DNA of 22,724 nucleotides from an uncultured bacterium (GCA_964534375.1 CAZHPN010000089.1:1-22724), one strand, 5' to 3'. Counted from the stretch's first letter, positions 1 through 10,108 are shown. The notes: generated by a model from the letters alone, not told the origin. Translations and numbers: made by a program.

Positions 1-1514
1 TACAATTCGTAGGGCCCCGTGCCGGCCGGGGCGGCCATGGCCATCCACCTGGCGTCGTCGCCGTGCAGGATGACCGGGAATTCCTTGTCCGCCTGCTCGC
101 CGCCGCCGCCCACCGCGAACACGTCCGACGCCGACGCGCCCCAGACGCCGCGCAAATCGTACGCCCCGCCCGGCGCGGCCGGCGCGTGCATCGCCAGCCA
201 CGCGGCGCCGCCGTCGTAGTGCAGAATCGTGCGCTTCGCGCCGACGGCGTAGACGTCGGTCGGCGACGCGCCCCAGACCGCCGCCAGGTCTTCGGCGACC
301 CCGCGGCTTTCCGGCGCCCACGCGCTGCCGTCGAAGTGCAGGGTCAGGCCCGCCGTGCCCACCACGCGCACCTCGGTCGCCGAGGCCCCGCCGATCGCGT
401 ACGGCAACGAGCCGCCCAGCGCTTTCGCCATGGGCAAGGCCAACCAGGCCGTTCCGTCGAAATGCAGCACGCGGCCGACCGCGACGCCGTCGTCGACCGC
501 GTAGCCGGTCGCGTACACATCCGACGATGAGGAGCCCCACACCGTTAGGAGCCGGCCGTTCTCGGCGCGGATGGACGCCGGCGCCCAGGCGGCGCCGTCG
601 TAATGGAGCAGCGCGCCGACCGGTTGGTGGTTGGCGTCGAGCTTCGTGCCGACCGCGTACACGTCGCCGCCGGAAACGCCCCAGATGCCGTCAAAGGCGT
701 AGTTGCCTTCCGGCAGCTTCATGGCCGACCACCGGTCGCCGTTGTAATGGAGAATCGTGCCCTGGTCGCCGACCGCGAAAATGTCCTTCGACGAATCGCC
801 CCAGACGCCGTACAGCGTGTAGGCGCCGAACGAGGTGTGCATGCCGGTCCACGTCTTGCCGTTGTAGCGCTCGACCGCCCCGACGGAGGCGCCGGTCTTC
901 GGGTCGAAGCACGTGCCGACCGCGTACACCTCGGTCGCCGAAACGCCCCACACGCCGTACACCGCGGAGCACCAGCCGACGCCGGTGATCGGCTTCCAGG
1001 CGTTGCCGTCGTACCGCATCGCCACGCCGTTCGGACCCGCCAGGTCGTACCCGACCGCGAACACGTTCGTCGCCGATGTGCCCCAGATGCCGGTCATCAC
1101 CAGCGTCGCTGCGCCGGTCGTGCCGAACCACGACGCGCCGTCATAGTGAATGATCGTGCCGCCCTCGCCGACCGCGACCACCATGGGCGACGTCGGGTCG
1201 TACCAGATCGCGTGCACTGCGTTGCCCTGCGGCTGCGCGTTTTCCCAGCACCAACCGTCGGCGCTGCAAACGCCGAGACCGCCGCCGTTGCCGTTGCCGT
1301 TGTCGTCGTCGCCGGCTTGATCGTCATCCGACGCGACGAAATCGGCGGCGGCGCCGAAGCCGCCATTGTTGATGTCGGGCGCCAGCGAATTCTCGTGGCG
1401 GTAGATGCGAGTCAGATCGGACGTGTCTTTGACGTGCGAGGCGTCGCAAGCGGCGGCAACCGCAATCGCGAAACCAGCGGCCAGCAGCGTCAAGGTAAAG
1501 CGTGCATTCTTCAT
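1..1514 (-). CDS. Secreted lipoprotein with short Asp-rich linker and tandem 'VWG-S--DV(Y/F)AVG...LH(Y/F)DG--W' beta-propeller-type repeats (3' partial, runs off the window)
   Basis: Translated by hand (not in the ORF track): GAGGG-N7-ATG at 1514, MKNARFTLTLLAAGFAIAVAAAC (lipobox-like), DDDQAGDDDN, then about 8-9 repeats such as IWGTSATNVFAVG, VWGVSATEVYAVG, VWGDSSKDIFAVG, VWGASPTDVYAVG. Frame stays open to the window edge. Confidence 0.85.
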   Translation of the reverse strand, partial: MKNARFTLTLLAAGFAIAVAAACDASHVKDTSDLTRIYRHENSLAPDINNGGFGAAADFVASDDDQAGDDDNGNGNGGGLGVCSADGWCWENAQPQGNAVHAIWYDPTSPMVVAVGEGGTIIHYDGASWFGTTGAATLVMTGIWGTSATNVFAVGYDLAGPNGVAMRYDGNAWKPITGVGWCSAVYGVWGVSATEVYAVGTCFDPKTGASVGAVERYNGKTWTGMHTSFGAYTLYGVWGDSSKDIFAVGDQGTILHYNGDRWSAMKLPEGNYAFDGIWGVSGGDVYAVGTKLDANHQPVGALLHYDGAAWAPASIRAENGRLLTVWGSSSSDVYATGYAVDDGVAVGRVLHFDGTAWLALPMAKALGGSLPYAIGGASATEVRVVGTAGLTLHFDGSAWAPESRGVAEDLAAVWGASPTDVYAVGAKRTILHYDGGAAWLAMHAPAAPGGAYDLRGVWGASASDVFAVGGGGEQADKEFPVILHGDDARWMAMAAPAGTGPYEL

Positions 1515-1848
1515 CGTCGTGCCCTCTGGACCTGAAATATCGCAAGGATGGCGCCAAGTCCGCCCGCGCGGCCGATTTCGCAAATTATTCGCTATTTATC
1601 AACAAGTTGCGGCGTTCGCCGCGGCGGAGGCGTCACATCGATCCAACGGCAAGAATTACCGCCCGGATTACGTTTTTACCGATGGTCGGGGATGATCTGC
1701 CCGTCCCAGGGAGACCATTGGAGCAAGGACTGCGTCGTGGCTGGGTCTCTCCGAGTTGAAGGCGCTTGAGGGCGTCACGGCTACTGGGCGGCGCCCTTTT
1801 GCCGTCGCGGCAAAGGTGTGCGCCTTGCTCTGCTGCTCTACGCCGACG

Positions 1849-2775
1849 TTATTGGATTTGACCCTTGTAGATCTTGACGATCGTGTCCAGCAAGGTCAGC
1901 GCGTCGTCCTCTTTCCGTTGGAAGCTGTTGCGGCCGATGATCGAGCCGAAGCCGCCGCCGTCGCGGATCGCGCGCGCCTCGTCGAAGAGGGCGTTGTCGT
2001 CGTCTTTCTTGGCCCCGCCCGAGAAAATGACGACGCGTTTGCCGTTGAACGCGCTCTGCACTACGTGCCGCACGCGTTCGGCCAGCGTCGCCCGCGGAAT
2101 GGCGTACTTCTCGTAGACCTTCTTCGCTTCCGGCTGTTCGAGATGATCCGTCGGCAGCTTGACCTTGATGATGTGCGCGCCGAGCTGCGCCGCGAGCTGC
2201 GCCGCGTAGGCCACCACATCCAGCGCCGTTTCGCCCTCTTTCGAAATGCCCGTGCCGCGCGGGTACGACCAGACGACGACCAGCAGGCCGGCGTCCTTCG
2301 CCTCCGCCCCGAGTTCCGCGAGTTGTTCGTACAACGTGACGCGCTCCGCCGTGCCAGGGTAAATGGTGTAGCCGATGCCGACGCAGCCCAGGCGCAGCGC
2401 CTGATCGACCGACGCCGTGAGCGCGCCGAGCGGGTCGGCCTCGTCCTGCAGCACGTCGTGGTTGTTCGCCTTGAGGATCAGCGGGATGTCGCCGGCGTGT
2501 TTCGCCGCGCCGGCCTCCAGGAACCCGAGCGGCGCCGCATAGGCCGAGAGGCCCGCCTTGATCGCCAGGTCGAAATGGTAATCCGGGTCGTACCCCGCCG
2601 GATTCGGCGCAAAACTGCGCGCCGGGCCGTGCTCGAAGCCCTGATCGACCGGCAAAATGACGAGCTTGCCCGTGCCGCCGAGGCGGCCGTGTTCCAGCAG
2701 ACGCGCGAGGTTGGTCAGCACGCCGGGGTTTTCGCCGGCGTAATTGCTCAAGATTTTCTTGGTGATGCGGCTCAT
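1849..2775 (-). CDS. fbaB: Class I fructose-bisphosphate aldolase (DhnA/FbaB family)
   Basis: Motifs GTGKLVILPVDQGFEHGP, VVWSYPRG, AHIIKVKLP (Schiff-base Lys), VIFSGG, GSIIGRNSFQR; GGAG RBS. Confidence 0.95.
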   Translation of the reverse strand: MSRITKKILSNYAGENPGVLTNLARLLEHGRLGGTGKLVILPVDQGFEHGPARSFAPNPAGYDPDYHFDLAIKAGLSAYAAPLGFLEAGAAKHAGDIPLILKANNHDVLQDEADPLGALTASVDQALRLGCVGIGYTIYPGTAERVTLYEQLAELGAEAKDAGLLVVVWSYPRGTGISKEGETALDVVAYAAQLAAQLGAHIIKVKLPTDHLEQPEAKKVYEKYAIPRATLAERVRHVVQSAFNGKRVVIFSGGAKKDDDNALFDEARAIRDGGGFGSIIGRNSFQRKEDDALTLLDTIVKIYKGQIQ

Positions 2776-2825
2776 GTTTGTCTCCCTATAATGCCGTTTG
2801 CCTGAAGATAACCACGAGGGGGAAG

Positions 2826-2881
2826 GAAGCCAGGAGCGAGGAGTCGGGAGCCAGGAGCCAGAAGCCCGAAGCTAGGAACCA
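2826..2881. repeat. Degenerate 7-bp tandem repeat (about 8 copies of G(G/A)AGCCA)
   Basis: gaagcca ggagcga ggagtcg ggagcca ggagcca gaagccc gaagcta ggaacca. Confidence 0.7.
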
Positions 2882-2923
2882 ATCGCCCTCGGCAAGAAAA
2901 TAACGAGGCGCGCTTGGTGGGCG

Positions 2924-3640
2924 TTAGCGGGCTTCGTTTCCGAGGTCGACAAACGCGACGCGCCGGTTAAGCTGGTAGCCCTCTTCGGTCGTTTCGGCGC
3001 TGAACTTCGTAGTCTTGCCCCCCGATTTTATTTCGAGCTGCGTGGCAGGGACGCCGCTTGCCGTCAGGAACTGGTACACCGCGTTCGCGCGGCGCTCGCC
3101 AAGGGCGAGGTTGTATTCGTCGTTTCCGCGCGTGTCGCACCAGCCCGTAAGTTGGAATTTGTGACCGACTAACCCTAACCCGTTCTTGAACTTGCTAGCG
3201 TCGGCCTTAGCGGTCCCAATCTGATCGGGCCGAATGTTGTACGTGTCGTAATCAAAGAAAATTGGGTCGAGCTTCGCCGGATGAGGTCCGCCTATCGGCC
3301 ACCAACCTGGCGGCGGCGGGGGCGGCGGCGGAAGGGTACACACGTCCCACGTCTTCTTGAACGCGCACCTCTTGGCCGTGTCGTACCAGTCTTTTGCCTG
3401 CTCGAACGACCGCTTCGCTGTGTTGTAATCCTTGTCCGCGTCCGCGCTCATGGCCTTCTTCATGTTCTGCTCGGCGGAAGTCCACAGATCTGGGCACAGT
3501 TCATCGGCGTGAATCGCTTTCGCTCCGTCCTGCGCGTCTAAAGCATTTTGCTTCGCAATGTCGTAGCCGGCCGGCGGGGCGCAACTCGCCAACAAGAAAG
3601 CCGCAGCGGCAACCACCAATAAGAAAAGACATGTCTTCAT
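2924..3640 (-). CDS. OmpA/Pal-family peptidoglycan-binding lipoprotein with N-terminal helical domain and polyproline linker
   Basis: Lipobox LLASC, a PPPPPPPP linker, and an OmpA-like C-terminal domain (IFFDYD, GWCDTRGNDEYNLALGERRANAV, LNRRV). Confidence 0.9.
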   Translation of the reverse strand: MKTCLFLLVVAAAAFLLASCAPPAGYDIAKQNALDAQDGAKAIHADELCPDLWTSAEQNMKKAMSADADKDYNTAKRSFEQAKDWYDTAKRCAFKKTWDVCTLPPPPPPPPGWWPIGGPHPAKLDPIFFDYDTYNIRPDQIGTAKADASKFKNGLGLVGHKFQLTGWCDTRGNDEYNLALGERRANAVYQFLTASGVPATQLEIKSGGKTTKFSAETTEEGYQLNRRVAFVDLGNEAR

Positions 3641-3922
3641 CGCGTCCTCTATTGCGCAGGCGCACGCATCCGGACGACCGCGTTATTCCGGTTGCAATAT
3701 AGCATCAACGGCGAAAAATCGCCGCCGGCTGCTTCCGTCGAAAACGTTGGCCGACGTCTGTGGCCAACCACGCGAGCGCAGGAAAAGCCCCGTCAGGGGC
3801 GCAGGCGCGTCAGGCCGGCGCCCACTTAATGGACGCCTCTAAAGCCCGCCCCTGCCGGGATTTTTTTGTGCGCCGAGCCAATCGGAAAAAATCACGTTCC
3901 GGCGGACGCCGGCGGTTCCAGG

Positions 3923-3940
3923 GCGGGTGGGGACACCCGC
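3923..3940. repeat. REP-like GC palindrome just downstream of the oxidoreductase operon
   Basis: GCGGGTG-GGGA-CACCCGC, a 7-bp perfect stem with no U-tract. Confidence 0.4.
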
Positions 3941-3949
3941 GCTCCCAGG

Positions 3950-4837
3950 TTAGTCGAACCGTTCCTGCATGGTTTTCGCCAGCAGAATCCGCCATTCGTA
4001 ATCGACGCGCTTTTGGATTTCGTCGACGTCTTCCTGGCTCAAATGGCGGAAGCGGCCTTGCAGTTTGAGGTATTCGAAAACCGGCAGGTCGCGCGGCTCG
4101 ATATTAATATGGTATTCCTCGCCGCGGAAGACCTCGTAGATGGGGAACACTTTGGTGTACGTCGCGAGGCGCGCGATCTCGATCGACTGTTCGCTCGAAA
4201 TCTTCCAGCCCGGCGGGCACGGCGAAAGAATATGGATAAACTTGGTGCCGCGGATATCCCGCGCCTTGCGCACCTTGGCGATCAGGTCTTCCGGAAAGGC
4301 GACATTCGCCGTCGCCGCGTACGGAATTTTGTGCCCGGCGAGAATCTGAATCATGTTCTTCTTCGGGCCGGTCTTGGGCGCGGAGGCGGGCGTCGTCGTC
4401 GTCCAGGCCTTATCGGGGGTGGCGCCGGAGCGCTGCACGCCGGTGTTCATGTAGGCCTCGTTGTCGTAGCAGAAATACATGACGTCTTCGTTGCGTTCGG
4501 CCGCGCCGGACAGGCTTTGCAGGCCGATGTCGAAGGTGCCGCCGTCGCCGGCGAAGGCCATGACCTGCGTGGTCGTGTCGCCTTTCATGTCGAGCGCCGC
4601 GCGGACGCCGGCGAGCGCGGCGCCGCTGGTCTCGAACGCCGTGTGCAAAATGGGCACTTTCAGAGCGCTGTACGGGAACTGGCCCGAGATGATCGTCCAG
4701 CAGCAGGCCGGCTGAACGACGATCGTGTCCGGCCCCATCGCCTTGAGCACGTGGCGCATCGCCGACGCGCCGCCGCAGCCCTGGCAGGCGAGGTGGCCGC
4801 TCATCATCAACTCTTCGCGCGGGTAGGCGTCCCTCAT
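3950..4837 (-). CDS. porB: 2-oxoacid:ferredoxin oxidoreductase beta subunit (TPP-binding)
   Basis: GHLACQGCG, ACCW, GDGGTFDIG...YDNEAYMNTG (TPP motif), ILSPCPPGW; overlaps the alpha gene (ATGA). Substrate is not determined. Confidence 0.92.
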   Translation of the reverse strand: MRDAYPREELMMSGHLACQGCGGASAMRHVLKAMGPDTIVVQPACCWTIISGQFPYSALKVPILHTAFETSGAALAGVRAALDMKGDTTTQVMAFAGDGGTFDIGLQSLSGAAERNEDVMYFCYDNEAYMNTGVQRSGATPDKAWTTTTPASAPKTGPKKNMIQILAGHKIPYAATANVAFPEDLIAKVRKARDIRGTKFIHILSPCPPGWKISSEQSIEIARLATYTKVFPIYEVFRGEEYHINIEPRDLPVFEYLKLQGRFRHLSQEDVDEIQKRVDYEWRILLAKTMQERFD

Positions 4838-5988
4838 TGGTTCACCCCCTTCCAGTACAGCAGGCGATCGGGCGTTTTGCGCGCCTCGGCGTCGGCGACG
4901 ATTTCCGCCAGCAGATTCGGCGTGATGTCGCGCCCGCCCAGGCCCGTGACGAAATCGTAGACCTGCGGCATGCCCGGCCGGCCGGCCAGCGCGCCGCGCA
5001 GTTCGTCGGCCCAGATGCCGCCCTTGCCAAAGCTGATATTGCGGTCGACGACGACCACGCGCTTCTTGCCCTTGAGCGCGCGCCGGACCTCATCGGTCGG
5101 GAACGGCCGGAAGAAGCGCAATTTCAGCACGCCGATTTTCTTGCCCTCGGCCCGCAGTTGCTTGATCAGCACGCGCGCGGGGCTCGTCGTCGTGCTCGAC
5201 GTGACCAGCACCGTTTCGGCGTCGTCGCACTCGATCGCCTCGACCATGTCGTAGCGCCGGCCGAAAATCGCCGCGAACTCGTCGGCGGCTTGCGCGGCCA
5301 CGGCGGGCACGCGCTCCATCGCCTGCTGCATTTTGTAGCGCATTTCCATGTACACGTCGGGCATGACGAGGCCGAAAAACGAGTGCGGGGCCTGCGGATC
5401 GAGGAAAATCTCGGGCTGATACGGGGGCAGATAGCGGTCGACCATGTCCGGCGACGGAATATCGACCGGCTCGTAAGTGTGCGAGAGGAAAAACGCGTCG
5501 TAGCAGACCATCACCGGCAGGCGCACGATTTCCGCGAGGCGGTAGGCCATCAGCACGGAGTCGAGCACTTCCTGGTTGTCTTCGGCGTAAATCTGTATCC
5601 AGCCGGTGTCGCGCTGCGAGAGCGAATCGGATTGATCGGCCCAGATGTTCCAGCCCGGCGCCATCGCGCGGTTGACGTTGACCATCACCACCGGCAGCCG
5701 CGCGCCGGCCGCCCAGTGCAGCAGCTCGTGCATCAGCGCCAGGCCGTTGGCCGACGTCGCGGTGAAGGCGCGCACGCCGGTCGCCGACGCCGCGATGACG
5801 CTGGCCATCGCCGAATGCTCGGATTCGACCTTGAGGAACTTGGCCGCCAGCCGGCCGTCGCCGCACATTTCGGAAAGCTCCTCGACGATCTGCGTCTGCG
5901 GCGTGATCGGGTACGCCGATATCACCTGCACGCGGGAGAGCATCACCGCCCACGAAGCCGCATGGTTGCCCATGATGACTTTTTTCAT
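4834..5988 (-). CDS. porA: 2-oxoacid:ferredoxin oxidoreductase alpha subunit
   Basis: MGNHAA, SAYPITPQT, VESEHSA, FTATSANGL, FRPFP, GLGGRD. Confidence 0.93.
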   Translation of the reverse strand: MKKVIMGNHAASWAVMLSRVQVISAYPITPQTQIVEELSEMCGDGRLAAKFLKVESEHSAMASVIAASATGVRAFTATSANGLALMHELLHWAAGARLPVVMVNVNRAMAPGWNIWADQSDSLSQRDTGWIQIYAEDNQEVLDSVLMAYRLAEIVRLPVMVCYDAFFLSHTYEPVDIPSPDMVDRYLPPYQPEIFLDPQAPHSFFGLVMPDVYMEMRYKMQQAMERVPAVAAQAADEFAAIFGRRYDMVEAIECDDAETVLVTSSTTTSPARVLIKQLRAEGKKIGVLKLRFFRPFPTDEVRRALKGKKRVVVVDRNISFGKGGIWADELRGALAGRPGMPQVYDFVTGLGGRDITPNLLAEIVADAEARKTPDRLLYWKGVNQ

Positions 5989-5991
5989 GGC

Positions 5992-7749
5992 CTACTCCTC
6001 CCCCAGCGACATGGCCGCGCGCGGGCATTCCTTAACGCAGATGCCGCAGCCTTTGCAGTAGTCCAACTCGATGTTGTAACCGTAGCCGCCGTCGGTCTTG
6101 TGCAGGATCGAGACGTCGGGGCAGAAGACGTAGCAGTTGTCGCACATCGTGCAGACGCCGCAATGAAAGCAGCGCTCCGCCGCGTGCGCCGCCTGCGCGT
6201 CGGTCAGGCCGAGGTTGATTTCCGCGAAGCCGGCCAGCCGTTCGGCCAGCGGCGCGCGCGCCATGCGGTCGCGCTCGGCCCGCGTGAAATGCCAAAGGTT
6301 GAGTTCCTCGTACGCCGCGACGTGTTGGGCGTCGATGATCTTCGCGTGGCTCGCGCCGCGCTTCGCGTACTGCGCCATCGAGGCGCAGCCGCGTTCGCCG
6401 ACGATGATCTTGCCGCCGATGTCAGCGATGGTCTCGCCGTGCAGAAAGCGGTCGATGGCGATCGCCGCGCGCTTGCCGTCGCCCAGCGCCTGCGCGACGT
6501 TCTGCTGCGGGTCGGCGATGTCGCCGCCGGCGAAGACGCCCGGGCGGCCGGTCAGGCCGAACGCGTCGATCACGATCTTGCCCCATTCCTGCTTGATTTC
6601 CGGCGGCAGGAACGAGAGGTCGGCCGCCTCGCCGATCGCCGCGACGACCATGTCGCAGGGCAAATCGAATTCGCTGCCCCGCACGGGAACCGGCCGGCGG
6701 CGGCCCGATTCATCCGGCTCGCCCAATTCCATGCGCTGCAATTCGACGCCGGTGACCGCGCCGCCGTCGCGGCGGATGCGCGTCGGGGCGACGAGCAGTT
6801 CGAGCCGCACGCCCTCTTCCTCGGCGTCGCGCACCTCTTCTTCGAAGGCCGGCATTTCGACTTTCGTCCGGCGATAGGCGATCGTCACGTTGGCGCCGAG
6901 CCGCCGCGCCACGCGGGCCGCGTCGACCGCGCTGTTGCCGCCGCCGATGACGACGACATCCCGGCCGCAGGCGAATTTTTCGCCGAGTGCGACTTTTGCG
7001 AGCAGGCCGAGGCCCGCCACGACGCCCGGGCCGTCTTCGCCCTCGACGCCCAGCTTGCGGTTGACGTGCACGCCCGCGGCGACGAACACCGCGTCGAATT
7101 CGGCGAGCTTCGCAAACGGCACGTCGACGCCGACGCGCACGCCCAGTTCGAACACGACGCCCATTTTTTCGATCGCCGCGATCTCGGCGTCGAGGATGTC
7201 GCGCGGCAGGCGGTACGCCGGAATGCCGATGCGCAGCAGGCCGCCGGCCTGCGGCAACGCGTCGTAGACGACCACGTCGTGGCCCAGACGCCGCGAATGG
7301 TACGCCGCGGCGAGGCCCGCCGGCCCGGCGCCGACGACGGCGATTTTTTTGCCGGTCGGCGCGCGCCACGCCCAATCGAGTTCGCCCGCGGCATGGTCGG
7401 CGGCGTAGCGTTCGAGCGCCTGAATCGAGGTCGGCGCGTCGAAATGCACGCGATTGCAGCCGTACTCGCAGGGGTGGAAGCAAACGCGGCCGGTCACCGC
7501 CGGCATCGGGTTTTCTTCCTTGAGCAGCCGCCACGCCTCGGCGGGCTGGCCCTCGCCGAGGAGGCGGATGAAGCCCTCGATGTCGTTGCCGGCGGGGCAG
7601 GCCTCGTTGCACGGCGGCACGCGGTCTTCGTAGCGCGGGCGCAGGTAGCGCCAACTGCCGGTTTTGTTCCACAGCATCGACGCGATCGACATCACCATTT
7701 CGGGCATGTCGTCCACGTGGGCGAAAACGATCGGTTTTTCTTCGGCCAT
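5992..7749 (-). CDS. Delta-subunit/GltD(NfnB)-like FAD/NAD(P) oxidoreductase fusion with C-terminal 2x[4Fe-4S] domain
   Basis: N-terminal TGSWRYLRP (PorD-type), PCNEACPAG and GRVCFHPCEYGCNR, VVGAGPAG, GIPAYRLP, VIGGGNSAVDAAR, FAGGD; C-terminal CFHCGVCTMCDNCYVFCPD and YCKGCGICVKECP. Confidence 0.88.
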   Translation of the reverse strand: MAEEKPIVFAHVDDMPEMVMSIASMLWNKTGSWRYLRPRYEDRVPPCNEACPAGNDIEGFIRLLGEGQPAEAWRLLKEENPMPAVTGRVCFHPCEYGCNRVHFDAPTSIQALERYAADHAAGELDWAWRAPTGKKIAVVGAGPAGLAAAYHSRRLGHDVVVYDALPQAGGLLRIGIPAYRLPRDILDAEIAAIEKMGVVFELGVRVGVDVPFAKLAEFDAVFVAAGVHVNRKLGVEGEDGPGVVAGLGLLAKVALGEKFACGRDVVVIGGGNSAVDAARVARRLGANVTIAYRRTKVEMPAFEEEVRDAEEEGVRLELLVAPTRIRRDGGAVTGVELQRMELGEPDESGRRRPVPVRGSEFDLPCDMVVAAIGEAADLSFLPPEIKQEWGKIVIDAFGLTGRPGVFAGGDIADPQQNVAQALGDGKRAAIAIDRFLHGETIADIGGKIIVGERGCASMAQYAKRGASHAKIIDAQHVAAYEELNLWHFTRAERDRMARAPLAERLAGFAEINLGLTDAQAAHAAERCFHCGVCTMCDNCYVFCPDVSILHKTDGGYGYNIELDYCKGCGICVKECPRAAMSLGEE

Positions 7750-7761
7750 CGTCGGTTCCTC

Positions 7762-8313
7762 TCAGGCAAACGCGACTTGCGCAAACGCTTCCCGGGCCGC
7801 CGCGGCGTTGGCTTCGGGTTTGATGGGGACTTCTTCCTTGATCGCCTCGCAGATCGAGTCGATGCCGACCAGGCCGCTGGCCTTGGCGATCGCGCCGAGG
7901 ATCGCCGTGTTGACGATCGGCTGCGACGGGCTGCCGAGCCGGTGGCGGATGGCGATCGCCGACGCGTCGACGCAGGCGACCTTGAAATCGGCGAGCTTCG
8001 GAAAATCGGCCGGCTTATGCGTGGTGTTGATCAGCACGACGCCGCCCGGGCGCAGGCCGGACGCGACGTCGATCGCCTCCATCAGCGTCGGGTCGAGCAC
8101 GACCACGTGATCCGGTTCGTAGACGTTGTTGCGCAGCAGGATTTTGTCTTTGTCGATGCGCAGGAACGCCTCGACGGGCGCGCCGCGCCGTTCGACGCCG
8201 AACTTGGGGAAACTCTGCACGTACTGCCCCTCGTGGAACACCGCGACCGCCATCACCTTGCTGGCGATGACGGCGCCCTGCCCGCCGCGGCCGTGAAATC
8301 GGATTTCAATCAT
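7762..8313 (-). CDS. porC: 2-oxoacid:ferredoxin oxidoreductase gamma subunit
   Basis: [35 protein letters not shown]. Confidence 0.93.
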
Positions 8314-8325
8314 CGCCCTCTCCCG

Positions 8326-8925
8326 CTAATGCGAGTACGGGTACATCACCACAATCGCCCTCGCGCTGCGCGCGCCGACGCCGCGAATCGCGTGCGGCAC
8401 GCCGGCGTAGAAATACAGCGCATCGCCGGCGTGCAACCGCACCGGATTGCCGCCGGCGATAAACTCGACCTCGCCTTCGAGCACGAACATGAATTCTTCG
8501 CCGTCGTGCGACAACGCCTCGGCGGTCGGCTTCTCGCTGTCGAAGACGACGAAGAACGGCTCCATGTGTTTGTGCGCCAGGCGAAAGGCCAGGCTCTCGT
8601 AGCTGTAGTTGAGCCCGCTTTCGCCGGCCGGCGCTTCGTCGTGATGCACGGCGAGGCGCTCGTCGGCGCGCGTGATCTCGATCTTGCCGGCGTCTTCCGC
8701 GTCGGTGAAGAAATGGTCGATTTCCACGCCCAGCAACTTGGCGATGTTCAGCAGCGTGGCGATCGTCGGCGGCACGACCTCGCCTTCGATCTGCGAGAGC
8801 AGCACTTTCGAGACGCGCAGTTTCGCCGCCAGGTCGTCGACGGACACGCCCTTCGCAGTCCGCAACGTGGCTATTTTTTTCCCGATGCCCAATTTTTTCA
8901 GTTCGTTCGCGATCACGGCCGGCAT
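8326..8925 (-). CDS. XRE-family HTH transcriptional regulator with C-terminal cupin domain
   Basis: IGKKIATLRTAKGVSVDDLA...LSQIEGEVVPPTIATL (HTH); MEPF, HDGEEFMFVLEG, GDALYF...PH (cupin). GGAG RBS; first gene of the oxidoreductase operon. Confidence 0.92.
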   Translation of the reverse strand: MPAVIANELKKLGIGKKIATLRTAKGVSVDDLAAKLRVSKVLLSQIEGEVVPPTIATLLNIAKLLGVEIDHFFTDAEDAGKIEITRADERLAVHHDEAPAGESGLNYSYESLAFRLAHKHMEPFFVVFDSEKPTAEALSHDGEEFMFVLEGEVEFIAGGNPVRLHAGDALYFYAGVPHAIRGVGARSARAIVVMYPYSH

Positions 8926-9294
8926 GATGCTTTCTCCTCCCGCGGAACAAAGGCGCTTCTATGTACCATCGCCAAGGCCGATATACAAGGGCGTGCGACG
9001 CGCGCGGCCCGGCCGGCCGCCGCTGAATTCTTCAATCATTTCGTTATGTTATGATTATTCGGTTCCGCGATTTCTTGCATGATTTCGCGCTCGATGAAGA
9101 CAACCCTGGCGCGTTTGAAAGGGGTGGCGCCCACGTTAAACGTGGAAGGACCGACCGCCAGAAATTTCAAAACCACGCCAATTTCGTCTTGCTGGCAACT
9201 GACGAGGCTCGCGCCCGTTCGAGAACGGTCACGCGGGCATGGTCTCCGCAATCGAATCGAGGCTGTAGACAGCGGCGTGTCCGGAAGGCGGCGC

Positions 9295-10041
9295 TTAGTT
9301 GTTTTTCATCCGTCCAAGGCCGAATGTCGCCATCAGGCGCAGGACCGGCGATTCCTTGAGGTACATGTCGAACGGACCGGTGGAATCCAGCAGGTGGATC
9401 TTGTCGGTGAGCAGCGGAAAATCGGCCCGCACTTCAAAGCCGACCACTTCGGCTTTCCACAAGTGCACGTAACCGAAGCCGGCGTTGGCCCGCCAGTTCG
9501 CGAACGAGCCCGAACTCGTGATCCCATTGCCGCCGGTGCTGGCCTGGAGGTTCCCGACGTTCCAGGAATATCCGAAACCGCCGAGCAGATAAATGCGATC
9601 GGCGTTGGGCAGAAAATAACGCACGTAATTGGCCGAAAAATTGATCATGTTCAGACCGAGCGTCGACCGGCCGGACGACGAAATTCCATTGATGGCCGCG
9701 TGTTGCTGCCAGTGGAGGCTCTGCAGATCGTACCCGACCTCGATGTCCAGGCCGTTGTCGGCCCACACCGGAATCAGACTTAGCTGCGCGGCGACGCCGG
9801 GAAACGACACCGTCTTGTTGAACGACTGGTAATACTGGCCGCCGCCGAGCGGCCGGGTGTTGAGGGTGAAGGTCGGCGGATAGCAAATGCCCAACGCCAC
9901 GGTGAAAAACCCGTACGCGTCCCAGGCCAGCGTCGGCTCTTCCTCGAAGGGCTGCGGCTCCTGGATGACCTGCGCCGCCGCGGGCCCCGCCGCCGCCGCG
10001 AACGCCGCCAACAAGAGCAACGCCGGCCAGATGCGTTTCAC
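9295..10041 (-). CDS. Exported protein, probable outer-membrane beta-barrel
   Basis: GGAG RBS and GTG start; Ala-rich signal peptide; alternating amphipathic strands (YLLGGFGYSW, RANAGFGY, VGFEVRADF). Confidence 0.7.
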   Translation of the reverse strand: MKRIWPALLLLAAFAAAAGPAAAQVIQEPQPFEEEPTLAWDAYGFFTVALGICYPPTFTLNTRPLGGGQYYQSFNKTVSFPGVAAQLSLIPVWADNGLDIEVGYDLQSLHWQQHAAINGISSSGRSTLGLNMINFSANYVRYFLPNADRIYLLGGFGYSWNVGNLQASTGGNGITSSGSFANWRANAGFGYVHLWKAEVVGFEVRADFPLLTDKIHLLDSTGPFDMYLKESPVLRLMATFGLGRMKNN

Positions 10042-10108
10042 ATCAGTCTCCGCGAGCGCCGCGCGGCGCCGCCGGGCGCTGGTCGTCCGGCCGCGCCGTT
10101 GGCCAAAA

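Noticed and set aside
4837..9054. 1405-aa plus-strand ORF and other long antisense ORFs (603-1535, 1756-2805, 3866-4960, 9887-11827, 12044-12925, 13114-14139)
   Set aside because: Shadow frames of well-supported genes on the opposite strand in high-GC DNA; no recognisable motifs.
9114..9172. TTTGAAA...TTTCAAA inverted repeat enclosing the palindrome CCACGTTAAACGTGG
   Set aside because: Short; could be an operator or terminator-like stem, but nothing supports a specific call.
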